Shown: piece after piece, positions 52,680 to 59,836 of the stretch
How the letters are laid out: each line of letters starts with the position of its first letter
Numbering within the stretch: the stretch's first letter is position 1
The notes under the pieces: model-generated
Database searches by the model: none
Told to the model about the DNA's origin: nothing
The model's input: the letters and a program-made list of their open reading frames with translations, nothing else
Position numbers and translations under genes: made by a program
From: an uncultured Gemmataceae bacterium
GTDB lineage: Bacteria; Planctomycetota; Planctomycetia; Gemmatales; Gemmataceae
Assembly: GCA_963750165.1 (NCBI GenBank)
Contig: CAVVPN010000010.1
Coordinates: 32,001 to 96,000 of the forward strand
Direction of reading: 5' to 3'
Length of the DNA stretch: 64,000 nucleotides

Positions 52680-53396
52680 TCAGTGCTCCGTGAGGGGGGC
52701 GGCCAGGTCCGAGGGTTCCTTGTTCGAGACGACGCGGCCGTCGCTCATGGCGATGATGCGGCGGCCGAACTTGAAGATGCGGTTGTCGTGCGTCACCACG
52801 ATCACGCCGCGGCCCGGCTGGACCGCTATCTTCGTAAGCAACTCCATGACGGTCTGGCCGGAGTGGGCGTCAAGGGCGGCGGTCGGCTCGTCGCAGACGA
52901 GCAATTTCGGCTCGTGGATGAGGGCGCGGGCGATGGCGACGCGCTGCTGCTGGCCGCCGGACAGCTGGTTCGGCAGCGCCTGAACGCGCGGCCCCAGGCC
53001 GAGCTGCGTGAGCAATTCCGCGGCGCGGACAACGGCCTGGCGGCGCGGCCGGCCGGCGATCAGCAGCGGCACCGCGGCGTTCTCGGCGGCGGTCAGCGCC
53101 GGCAACAGGTTGTACTGCTGGAAGACGAAGCCGATGTTGTCGCCGCGGAAGCGCACCTTGCGGCCGCCGGACATGCGCGTCAGATCCTGGCCGAGCACAT
53201 TCACGGTGCCGCGCGTCGGTTCCAGCAAACCGGCGATGATCGACAGCAGGGTGGTCTTGCCGCAGCCGCTGGGGCCGACCAGCAGCGTCATCTCGCCGGC
53301 GAACACATCAAGGTCCACGCCGTCGAGGGCCTTCGTCTTCGATTCGCCCTGGCCGAACTCCTTCGTGACGCAGCGGCAGTGGACAACGGTGGACAT
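52680..53396 (-). CDS. ABC transporter ATP-binding protein (DevA/LolD-like)
   Basis: [24 protein letters not shown] and CDEPT motifs. Confidence 0.93.
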   Translation of the reverse strand: MSTVVHCRCVTKEFGQGESKTKALDGVDLDVFAGEMTLLVGPSGCGKTTLLSIIAGLLEPTRGTVNVLGQDLTRMSGGRKVRFRGDNIGFVFQQYNLLPALTAAENAAVPLLIAGRPRRQAVVRAAELLTQLGLGPRVQALPNQLSGGQQQRVAIARALIHEPKLLVCDEPTAALDAHSGQTVMELLTKIAVQPGRGVIVVTHDNRIFKFGRRIIAMSDGRVVSNKEPSDLAAPLTEH

Positions 53397-53413
53397 GATT
53401 GCCTCGAAAACGA

Positions 53414-53528
53414 TTCACCACAAAGACACAAAGAGCACAAAGGAAAAGGCGAAGAGGAGGAATTCATTTGATCAATGCATTTCTGTTCTTTGCCTTTTCC
53501 TTTGCGCTCTTTGTGTCTTTGTGGTGAA
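53414..53528. repeat. 37-bp inverted repeat built of 9-mer units, inside the operon
   Basis: TTCACCACAAAGACACAAAGAGCACAAAGGAAAAGGC versus the reverse complement of 53492-53528 (36/37). Confidence 0.85.
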
Positions 53529-53535
53529 CCCTTCT

Positions 53536-54674
53536 TCATCCGCGGAACACGATGGCCGCCTCCAGCACGAGCACCTTGCGCATGCTCAGCAGGCTCGCCA
53601 GCACGGCGATGACCAGCACCGCTGCCGCCGTGCCGGCCATCACCTGCCAGCGCATGTAGAACCCGGCGAGAGCGACCACGTTCGCGGTCGATTCAAAGAA
53701 CAGCGCCGCCAGACCGACGCCCAGGCCGTAACCCAGCACCGCCACCACGGCCGCCTGCAACAGGATCATGCCCACCAGCCGCAGGTTGCTCACGCCCATC
53801 GCCTTCAGCGCCCCGAACTGCTTCAGATTTTCGATCGTAAACAGGTAGAACGTCTGTCCCGCGATGGCCACGCCGACGATGAAGCCCAGCGCCACCGTGA
53901 TGCCGAAATTCACCGGAATGCCCGTGAAACGCAGGTAAAACGCGATCGTGCGGTCGGAGAACTCGTCCGCCGTCAACGCCATCCGGCCCGTCTGCTGCTC
54001 GATGCGCGCGCTCAACTCCGGCAGCGACTGGCCCGGCTCCGCCTTGGCCAGCACGAACGTCATCATGTTGCGCTCCCTCGGCGCGAAGAAGATCGCCTGG
54101 CTGTAGCGTGCATACACGACGGGCAACGACTGAAACGGCGCTCCCGCCTTGCAGACGCCGACCAGCACCGCCCGGCGGTCGTTCATCTCCAGCACCTTGC
54201 CCAGCTCCACCGGCTGGTCCGGCCACAAATAGGTATAGCCCGCCTCATCGATGATAATTGCGTCGGGCTTGCGCAGGTCGGCGAGGTTGCCCAGCACCAT
54301 CTCCGCGGGGCGCCGACGAGCGTGTCATCGTCGATGCCCATGAGGAGGATTTGGCGGAAGTTGCCGTCGCTGAGCCGGGCCCGCGCGTTGCTCTTGTGCA
54401 GCGGCACCGCCCAGGCGACGCCCGGCACACTGCGGACGCGCTGCAGGTCCGTCGGCCGCAGGGCCGGCACCTCTTCGACGTAACGCACCTTCGCGTCCAT
54501 CACCCACAGGTCGGGCTCGCGCACGTCGCGGATCTGACTGGTGGTGCGCTGCAACAGGCTGATGAAGATCGACACCTGGTGCGCGATCAGCAACGACGCG
54601 AACATCACGCCAAAGACGATGCCGAGAAACTTGCTGCGGTCGCCCGTCAACATCTTGAAGGCCAGCCAGGTCAT
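53536..54674 (-). CDS. ABC transporter permease (DevC/FtsX-like), frameshift near 54305
   Basis: KMLTGDRSKF, TGIPVNFG and ENLKQFGALKAMG motifs. Confidence 0.88.
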
Positions 54675-54696
54675 GTCCGCTCCTCCGCGCAGGCTG

Positions 54697-55356
54697 TTAC
54701 ACCGATTTCGCAGACCGCTTTTTCGCCTTTTTGGCGGCCGGCGCCGCCGTCAGCGCCGCCAGGCAGAAGTCGGCGATGTGCTCCGCCAGGCGCTCGGCGG
54801 TGTAGGTGCGGGCCTCCTCCTCGCCGACGAGCTGCACGATGATGCTGCGGGCGCAGCGGTGGTGGATGCACTGGCCGATGATGCTCAGCACGATCAGGTG
54901 GCGCGCGTCCGACGGCGTGTCCGGTGCCACGAAGTCATCGACGATGCTCAGCAAGAGGTCGAAGTGCGGCCGGGCGAAATCACGGACGAAGGCAGCGCAG
55001 GCGGCCGACGGCTGGCTTAGTTCGCGGCCGACCAGTTGCATGTGCCAGGCCGGCCGGCCGTCGCCGATCAGCCCGGCGGTGAAGTGGCGCACGAACTCGC
55101 GCAGCCGTTCCTCGCGTGGCGTGCCCGGCGGCCAGCTCGGCATGTCCTCGGCGCTGTGGCGGCAGGCGAACGCTTTCTGCACTGTCTCGACGTACAGCCG
55201 CTCCTTGTCGCCGAAGTAGTAGTTGACCGCGGCAATATTGGCGGCGCCCGCGCGCTTGCAGATGTCGCGCACCGTCGCCGCCTCGAAGCCCTTGGCCGCG
55301 AAGATTTCGCCGGCGGCCTGCAGCAGGGCGGCCCTGGTGTCCTCGTTCAGTGTCAT
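54697..55356 (-). CDS. TetR family regulator, CecR/YbiH-like
   Basis: LLQAAGEIFAAKGFEAATVRDICKRAG..AAVNYYFGDKERLY; SIIGQC. Confidence 0.9.
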   Translation of the reverse strand: MTLNEDTRAALLQAAGEIFAAKGFEAATVRDICKRAGAANIAAVNYYFGDKERLYVETVQKAFACRHSAEDMPSWPPGTPREERLREFVRHFTAGLIGDGRPAWHMQLVGRELSQPSAACAAFVRDFARPHFDLLLSIVDDFVAPDTPSDARHLIVLSIIGQCIHHRCARSIIVQLVGEEEARTYTAERLAEHIADFCLAALTAAPAAKKAKKRSAKSV

Positions 55357-55381
55357 GGCTGCATCCGGGAAAGGAACGAGC

Positions 55382-55432
55382 GTTTCAAACTAAGATTGAA
55401 ACCATTGTAGCAAACAGTTGTTTTAATGGCAA
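55382..55432 (-). promoter_or_regulatory. Sigma70-type promoter and putative TetR operator
   Basis: TTGCCA-N17-TACAAT on the minus strand (55432-55404); palindrome GTTTCAA-N7-TTGAAAC at 55382-55402. Confidence 0.7.
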
Positions 55433-55447
55433 GCAAAAAAAGAGGAA

Positions 55448-55500
55448 TCCGAGCCCGAGCGCCAGCGCGGGGCCAACGCTGCCCCGCGCTCGGGCTCGGA
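55448..55500. repeat. Palindromic repeat family C
   Basis: TCCGAGCCCGAGCGCCAGCGCGGGGC...GCCCCGCGCTCGGGCTCGGA. Confidence 0.8.
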
Positions 55501-55529
55501 CCAACCGCGAAAATCATGGCGTTTCCAGA

Positions 55530-56300
55530 TTACCCGGCCGACTTGAGCAGTTGCTTCGCCCGGCTCACCCAACGGCCATCGCGGCGGCGGGCCGGGCCGG
55601 ACGTGAAGTGATAGTCCGCCAACCCCTGCTCCACCACGCGCCGCGCCTCGTCGCGCGCGTCGGTGTCCATCAGGTGTTCGGCCAGCAGACAGCGGTGCTC
55701 CAGGCGCGGCGCCACGCGGGCGAGTTCGCGGCAGTGGACCAGGGCCGCGACCGATTCGCCGGCGTCGTCGCAGACCGTGACGAGCGTGCGGAACGCCTCG
55801 TAGTCGCGCCAGTTGGGCTGCTTGGCGACGAGCTTTTCCAGCAGCGGCATGGCCAGTTCGGGCTGCCCCAAACCGCGTCGCGCCTGCGCCAGCAGGAACA
55901 GTGCCTCGCAGTGCTCCGGCTCGCGCGCGAGCATCGCCTCCAGGTGCGGCGCCGCCTCGGCGCACTCGCCGACCTCGACCAGGCGCTCGCCCAGCTCGAA
56001 GCGGTTGGCGACGGTCGGCGTCTGCTCCGCCCGATAGCGCAGCTCCTGCAGCGACGGCCTGCGGTTGAACAGGATGGTCAGCCAGCCGGGGCGCTGGCTG
56101 TGGCCGCCCTGGAAGTCCTTGACCTTGTGCGTGAAGAAATACGCCCAGGCGCCGAAGGGCTGGAAGATGAGGATCATCCAGAACCACTGCGATTCGACGC
56201 CGCGGCGGTTGGCGTCCACGAGCATCCAAACCGTGAACGCCGCCTGCACCAGGAACAGCGGCGACAGGCCGTAATACAGGTAGGGGTCGTAATAGGGCAT
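55530..56300 (-). CDS. Membrane-anchored tetratricopeptide repeat protein
   Basis: WMLVDA..WFWMILIFQPFGAWAYFF followed by TPR-like helices. Confidence 0.85.
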   Translation of the reverse strand: MPYYDPYLYYGLSPLFLVQAAFTVWMLVDANRRGVESQWFWMILIFQPFGAWAYFFTHKVKDFQGGHSQRPGWLTILFNRRPSLQELRYRAEQTPTVANRFELGERLVEVGECAEAAPHLEAMLAREPEHCEALFLLAQARRGLGQPELAMPLLEKLVAKQPNWRDYEAFRTLVTVCDDAGESVAALVHCRELARVAPRLEHRCLLAEHLMDTDARDEARRVVEQGLADYHFTSGPARRRDGRWVSRAKQLLKSAG

Positions 56301-56449
56301 GACCGCACATGGGTTGAAAGGGCGACTGCTTTCCCCGCAATGGTAGCGGGGCGGGGGGAGATTGCAACCGCAGAAGGGGCGTCCGGTCGCTTTTCCGGTG
56401 CGCTGCCAGCGACGGCAGGTGCAGCGCAACCGCTCCGGAGAACGATCCC

Positions 56450-56563
56450 ATGTCGAGCGAACCCACGGTACTCGAGCGCAACCGGGAACTGGCCATGCGC
56501 ATCAACGCGGAAGCACGGCGGGATCCGCAATCGCCGTCAATCGGAGTCAAGAGAGAGGAGTAG
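56450..56563 (+). pseudogene. Truncated small-gene remnant abutting the end of the tRNA array
   Basis: GGAG SD; MSSEPTVLERNRELAMRINAEARRDPQSP then unrelated sequence; resembles, from recall only, the N-terminus of a longer planctomycete protein family. Confidence 0.5.
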
Positions 56564-56633
56564 TCCCAGGTGGACTCGAACCACCGATCTTCCCCAGGTC
56601 AAGGGGCTGTCCTGGCCGCTGAACGATGGGACT
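56561..56633 (-). tRNA. tRNA-Val(GAC)
   Basis: Cloverleaf; acceptor AGTCCCA/TGGGACT; loop TTGACCT; T-loop TTCGAGT. Confidence 0.82.
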
Positions 56634-56643
56634 CTGTTTTCAG

Positions 56644-56716
56644 TACCCCGACCAGGAGTTGAACCCGGAACGCCTCGTTCGAAGCGAGGTATGATGATCC
56701 GTTTCACCATCGGGGC
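56644..56716 (-). tRNA. tRNA-Arg(TCG)
   Basis: Anticodon arm CCTCG-CTTCGAA-CGAGG; T-loop TTCAACT. Confidence 0.88.
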
Positions 56717-56721
56717 AAGAG

Positions 56722-56807
56722 CGGAAGGCAAGGGATTTGAACCCTCATACCCTGACGGGCGCACTGTTTAGCAAACAGGCCCGGCGAACCGTATCCGGCT
56801 ACCCTCC
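56722..56807 (-). tRNA. tRNA-Ser(GCT)
   Basis: Loop TTGCTAA; long variable arm; G73. Confidence 0.88.
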
Positions 56808-56817
56808 GTTAGCGCAG

Positions 56818-56889
56818 TGGACCCACCGGGAATTGAACCCGGATTTTCAGTCTGCCGAACTGATGTCCTCCCGGTTGGACGATGAGCCC
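56818..56889 (-). tRNA. tRNA-Ala(GGC), C33
   Basis: G3:U70 pair; arm TCAGT-TCGGCAG-ACTGA. Confidence 0.85.
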
Positions 56890-56900
56890 ATTGATTGCAG

Positions 56901-56974
56901 TGGAGACGATGGGAATCGAACCCATCCCAGGTTGCTTGCAAGGCATCCTCGCCGCCCTTGGCACATGCGCCCCC
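56901..56974 (-). tRNA. tRNA-Ala(TGC)
   Basis: G3:U70 pair; loop CTTGCAA; T-loop TTCGATT. Confidence 0.85.
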
Positions 56975-56985
56975 ACAAATGGCAG

Positions 56986-57057
56986 TGATCCCGGATGGAC
57001 TCGAACCATCGTTGCCTGGACGTGGCCCAGGAGTCGTGGCCGCTGGACCACGGGATC
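56986..57057 (-). tRNA. tRNA-Val(CAC), atypical anticodon loop
   Basis: Acceptor GATCCCG/CGGGATC; arm CCTGG-GCCACGT-CCAGG. Confidence 0.75.
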
Positions 57058-57071
57058 ATCACAGCAGTCAG

Positions 57072-57150
57072 TGACCGAGGTGGGATTTGAACCCACAAAC
57101 AGATCACCAGGCTCTCGACCTGGTCGCTTTGCCAGTTTGCGTACTCGGCC
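57072..57150 (-). tRNA. tRNA-Leu(GAG), C33, reduced variable arm
   Basis: Arm CCAGG-TCGAGAG-CCTGG; T-loop TTCAAAT. Confidence 0.82.
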
Positions 57151-57158
57151 GTCAGCAG

Positions 57159-57227
57159 TCGCGGGTCCGGGAGTCGCGCCCGGAGAGCTGGGATTATGAG
57201 CCCCGGCTGGAAACTCTTCCACCCGCC
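57159..57227 (-). tRNA. Atypical initiator-like tRNA-Met(CAT)
   Basis: Loop CTCATAA; G-rich/C-rich anticodon stem; 1:72 mismatch; shrunken D-arm; T-loop CGCGACT. Confidence 0.68.
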
Positions 57228-57229
57228 AG

Positions 57230-57314
57230 TGACCAGGGGGAGACTTGAACTCCCACGCCTGTGATGAGGCACGGCCTTCTGAGGACCGCGTGTCTGCCAT
57301 TCCACCACCTGGCC
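57230..57314 (-). tRNA. tRNA-Leu(CAG)
   Basis: GGTGGAATGGCAGACAC D-arm; loop CTCAGAA; long variable arm. Confidence 0.92.
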
Positions 57315-57327
57315 ATGAACCAATCAG

Positions 57328-57400
57328 TAGCCCGTGCGGGAATCGAACCCGCGTCCTCAGCTTGAGGGGCTGAGATCCTGTGCCGTTAGAAGAACGGGCC
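57328..57400 (-). tRNA. tRNA-Glu(CTC), C33
   Basis: Arm TCAGC-CCCTCAA-GCTGA; T-loop TTCGATT. Confidence 0.87.
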
Positions 57401-57404
57401 GCAG

Positions 57405-57484
57405 TGTGTCGGGCAGGAGTCGAACCTGCAAGGCTAACGCGGACGGGTTACAGCCGTCTGGGCCTGCCAGTGCCCAACCAACAC
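57405..57484 (-). tRNA. tRNA-Tyr(GTA)
   Basis: Arm GACGG-CTGTAAC-CCGTC; variable arm; T-loop TTCGACT. Confidence 0.87.
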
Positions 57485-57494
57485 AGCACTTCAG

Positions 57495-57572
57495 TAGCGC
57501 GGGCGAGGGTCGAACTCGCAGTCGATCACCAAGGTTTGAGCTTGGCCGCTTTGCCAGTTTGCGTACCGCGCC
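57495..57572 (-). tRNA. tRNA-Leu(CAA), reduced variable arm
   Basis: Arm CCAAG-CTCAAAC-CTTGG. Confidence 0.83.
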
Positions 57573-57577
57573 GTCAG

Positions 57578-57650
57578 CGCCCCGACGGGATTTGAACCCG
57601 CGATCTCCACCTTGACAGAGTGGCGAGGACTCCAGCTCCTCTACAGGGAC
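57578..57650 (-). tRNA. tRNA-Asp(GTC)
   Basis: Arm CCACT-CTGTCAA-GGTGG; acceptor 3' strand one G short (possible homopolymer error). Confidence 0.82.
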
Positions 57651-57659
57651 GTATCTCAG

Positions 57660-57733
57660 TAGCGCCGGTGGGAGTCGAACCCACAGCAGTTCTGGTTCTA
57701 AGCCAGAATGGTCGTCCGGTTGCCTACAGCGCC
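57660..57733 (-). tRNA. tRNA-Leu(TAG), short variable loop
   Basis: Arm TCTGG-CTTAGAA-CCAGA; 6-nt variable region. Confidence 0.82.
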
Positions 57734-57748
57734 GTTCGATCACCGAAG

Positions 57749-57822
57749 TGCGCGGGGTGGGAGTCGAACCCACAATCACCTGGGTTTAAGCCAGGCCGCT
57801 CTGCCGATTGGCGTACCCGGGC
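57749..57822 (-). tRNA. tRNA-Leu(TAA), short variable loop
   Basis: Arm CCTGG-CTTAAAC-CCAGG; 5-nt variable region. Confidence 0.83.
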
Positions 57823-57829
57823 AAAACAG

Positions 57830-57901
57830 TTCGGGGAGAAGGGGTCGAACCTTCGTTGCCAGATTCAGAGTCTGGCGGCCTACCAGTTAGCCGATCCCCG
57901 A
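57830..57901 (-). tRNA. tRNA-Gln(CTG)
   Basis: U1:A72; arm CCAGA-CTCTGAA-TCTGG. Confidence 0.9.
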
Positions 57902-57920
57902 ATCTATGTCTCCGCTTCAG

Positions 57921-57993
57921 TAGGGCCGGTGGGACTCGAACCCACGTCTCATCGCTTAAAAGGCGAGCGCTCTGACCGCTGAGCTACGACCCC
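57921..57993 (-). tRNA. tRNA-Lys(TTT)
   Basis: TAGCTCAGCGGTCAGAGC D-arm; loop CTTTTAA; T-loop TTCGAGT. Confidence 0.92.
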
Positions 57994-58035
57994 ATGTGGG
58001 ATGCGTAGCCGACGTTTACCAGGTGCTTGTCGCAT
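57949..58035 (-). CDS. Putative 28-aa ORF inside the tRNA array, reading into tRNA-Lys
   Basis: AGGAG SD 8 nt upstream; MRQAPGKRRLRIPHGVVAQRSERSPFKR*. Confidence 0.4.
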   Translation of the reverse strand: MRQAPGKRRLRIPHGVVAQRSERSPFKR

Positions 58036-58054
58036 GACCGCTGCTCCTGTCGAG

Positions 58055-58125
58055 TAGTCCGGGGTGGAGTTGCACCACCACTGACGACGTATCAGATCGC
58101 CGTGCTCCTGTTACACCACCAGACT
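58055..58125 (-). tRNA. tRNA-Ile(GAT), atypical T-loop
   Basis: Acceptor AGTCTGG/CCGGACT; loop CTGATAC; T-loop TGCAACT. Confidence 0.78.
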
Positions 58126-58144
58126 GTCTGCTCCGGCCCCGTCC

Positions 58145-58180
58145 AACGAAAAAGGCCGGGTGTTTCGTGACACCCGGCCT
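58145..58180 (-). terminator. Intrinsic terminator upstream of the first tRNA (attenuator-like)
   Basis: 11-bp stem AGGCCGGGTGT/ACACCCGGCCT, 6-nt loop, followed by TTTTCGTT on the minus strand. Confidence 0.8.
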
Positions 58181-58209
58181 GAAGCGTTCTCTTCAGTGCG
58201 TTCGCGGGG

Positions 58210-58311
58210 TCACAAGTTGAGACGATCAAGAGCCAGCAGTTTGCGCTGATAGGCCGCGACGGCCTGCAACGCCTGCTGTTCAAGCACCAGACTGATCACG
58301 GAATAACGCAT
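58210..58311 (-). CDS. Putative 33-aa leader peptide of the tRNA operon
   Basis: MRYSVISLVLEQQALQAVAAYQRKLLALDRLNL*, lying between the promoter motif and the terminator. Confidence 0.55.
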   Translation of the reverse strand: MRYSVISLVLEQQALQAVAAYQRKLLALDRLNL

Positions 58312-58366
58312 GGTATTGTCGATCGTCTCAAGAAGGTTAATGAGGTTCAGGATCGCCTCGCACACA

Positions 58367-58394
58367 TAAGACGGCTAACCCTTTCGTTTGGTTC
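58367..58394 (-). promoter_or_regulatory. ECF-sigma-type promoter motif
   Basis: GAACC-N16-CGTCTTA on the minus strand, with an A-rich tract upstream. Confidence 0.6.
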
Positions 58395-58493
58395 GCCGAT
58401 TTTTTCAAATTCTTTCGGTCGTTGCGTCCTACGGAAGATGAGACGCCGACCCCCACCAGTTGGTTCGCTGTGAATCCAAAAATATTTCGCGGC

Positions 58494-59747
58494 TCAGGAC
58501 AACCGATACCTGGGTTGTTGCTCCAGATACCGCCGCACCCGCTCCGTGCGCGTCACCGCCTCCTTCAGGAAGCCAACCGCCAGCCGCAGCCGCTCGTCCG
58601 GCTCGGCGCAGCTGAAGCGCAGGAAACCCTGTCCCGCCGCTCCGAAGCACTCGCCGCCCAGGCACGCCACGCCGAAGCGCTCGTCCGCCGCCTCCAGCAG
58701 GAACATCGCCAGGCCGTGCGACGTGATGCCCTGCCGCCGGCAGATCGCGGACACGTCCGGGAACACGTAAAACGTCCCCGCCGGCATCAACACCTGGACT
58801 TCCGGCACCAGGCGCAGTTCCGCGACCAGCAACTGCACCTTCTTGTGGAAGCGCCGCATCACCTCGTCGCGCTCGGCGGCGTCGTACTGGAGGGCGGCCT
58901 GGCCGGCCAGCTGCACGATCGGCGGCACGCACGACAGGCTCGTGTTAATCATCTTGCCGATGGTCTCGATCAGCCGCGGACTGCTGACCGCGTAGCCGAG
59001 TCGCCAACCGCTCATGCTGTACGACTTGCTGAAGGTATACGCCGCCACCACCTGGTCGAGCATGTCCGGATGCTCCAGCAGCGTGTGGTGCCGGCCCTGC
59101 CAGACCATGTGGCAGTACGGTTCATCGCTGAACACCGCCACGTCCTGGCCGCGCACCAGATCGGCGATGCCACGCAGGTCCTCCGCCGTGGCGACGCCGC
59201 CGGTCGGGTTGTGCGGCGAGTTCAAAAAGATCGCCTTTGGCCGGGCTGCCGTCTTCAGGAAGTCGGCCACGGCGTTCAGGTCCGGGCGGAACTGGTGCGC
59301 CTGCTTCAGTGCCGCGAACACCGGCCGGGCACCGCGGCGCTCGATGTTCGGCACGAACGTCGGGAACTGCGGGCTGAACACCAGCACGCTGTCGCCAGCG
59401 TCCAGCACCGCCTCGCAGAAGAACTGCTCGAACACCTTGGCGCCAGCGCCCACCACGACGTTGGCCGCCGTGATCGGCACGCCGAACTCCTTGCCGTAGT
59501 TCTCCGCAATGGTCTCGCGGAAGCCCGGTAGGCCCAGCGAGGCGCAGTAGTGCGTCTCGCCGGTGTCGATGGCCTGACGGCCGGCTTCGCGGGCGTGTTT
59601 GGTGCTGGGAAAGGGGCTGTCGCCGATCTGCAACTCGACCACATCCTTGCCCTGGGCCTTGAGCCGGCGGGCGACCGCCAGCACGTCGAAGGCGGTCTCG
59701 GCCGAAAGTTCCCGGGCGAAACGACTCAGGCTCACGGGGGTGGTCAT
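58494..59747 (-). CDS. PLP-dependent aminotransferase class I/II
   Basis: LNSPHNPTG, FSDEPY, TFSKSYSMSGWRLGY, GTFYVFPD and FLRFS motifs. Confidence 0.93.
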   Translation of the reverse strand: MTTPVSLSRFARELSAETAFDVLAVARRLKAQGKDVVELQIGDSPFPSTKHAREAGRQAIDTGETHYCASLGLPGFRETIAENYGKEFGVPITAANVVVGAGAKVFEQFFCEAVLDAGDSVLVFSPQFPTFVPNIERRGARPVFAALKQAHQFRPDLNAVADFLKTAARPKAIFLNSPHNPTGGVATAEDLRGIADLVRGQDVAVFSDEPYCHMVWQGRHHTLLEHPDMLDQVVAAYTFSKSYSMSGWRLGYAVSSPRLIETIGKMINTSLSCVPPIVQLAGQAALQYDAAERDEVMRRFHKKVQLLVAELRLVPEVQVLMPAGTFYVFPDVSAICRRQGITSHGLAMFLLEAADERFGVACLGGECFGAAGQGFLRFSCAEPDERLRLAVGFLKEAVTRTERVRRYLEQQPRYRLS

Positions 59748-59775
59748 GGCTCCTCGCGGTCGGTCAGCGGCCATT

Positions 59776-59833
59776 CGTGGGGCAGACCTTCCTGTCTGCC
59801 AAGGCACCGGCAGACAGGAAGGTCTGCCCCACG
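59776..59833. repeat. REP-like family B inverted pair
   Basis: CGTGGGGCAGACCTTCCTGTCTGCC...GGCAGACAGGAAGGTCTGCCCCACG. Confidence 0.85.
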
Positions 59834-59836
59834 ATA

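Noticed and set aside
56737..57982. ORFs called across the tRNA array
   Set aside because: They overlap clear tRNA cloverleafs and have no protein-like composition
56561..58125. CRISPR array or prophage interpretation of the periodic region
   Set aside because: The periodicity comes from tRNA T-arms; there are no identical repeats, cas genes, integrase or phage genes
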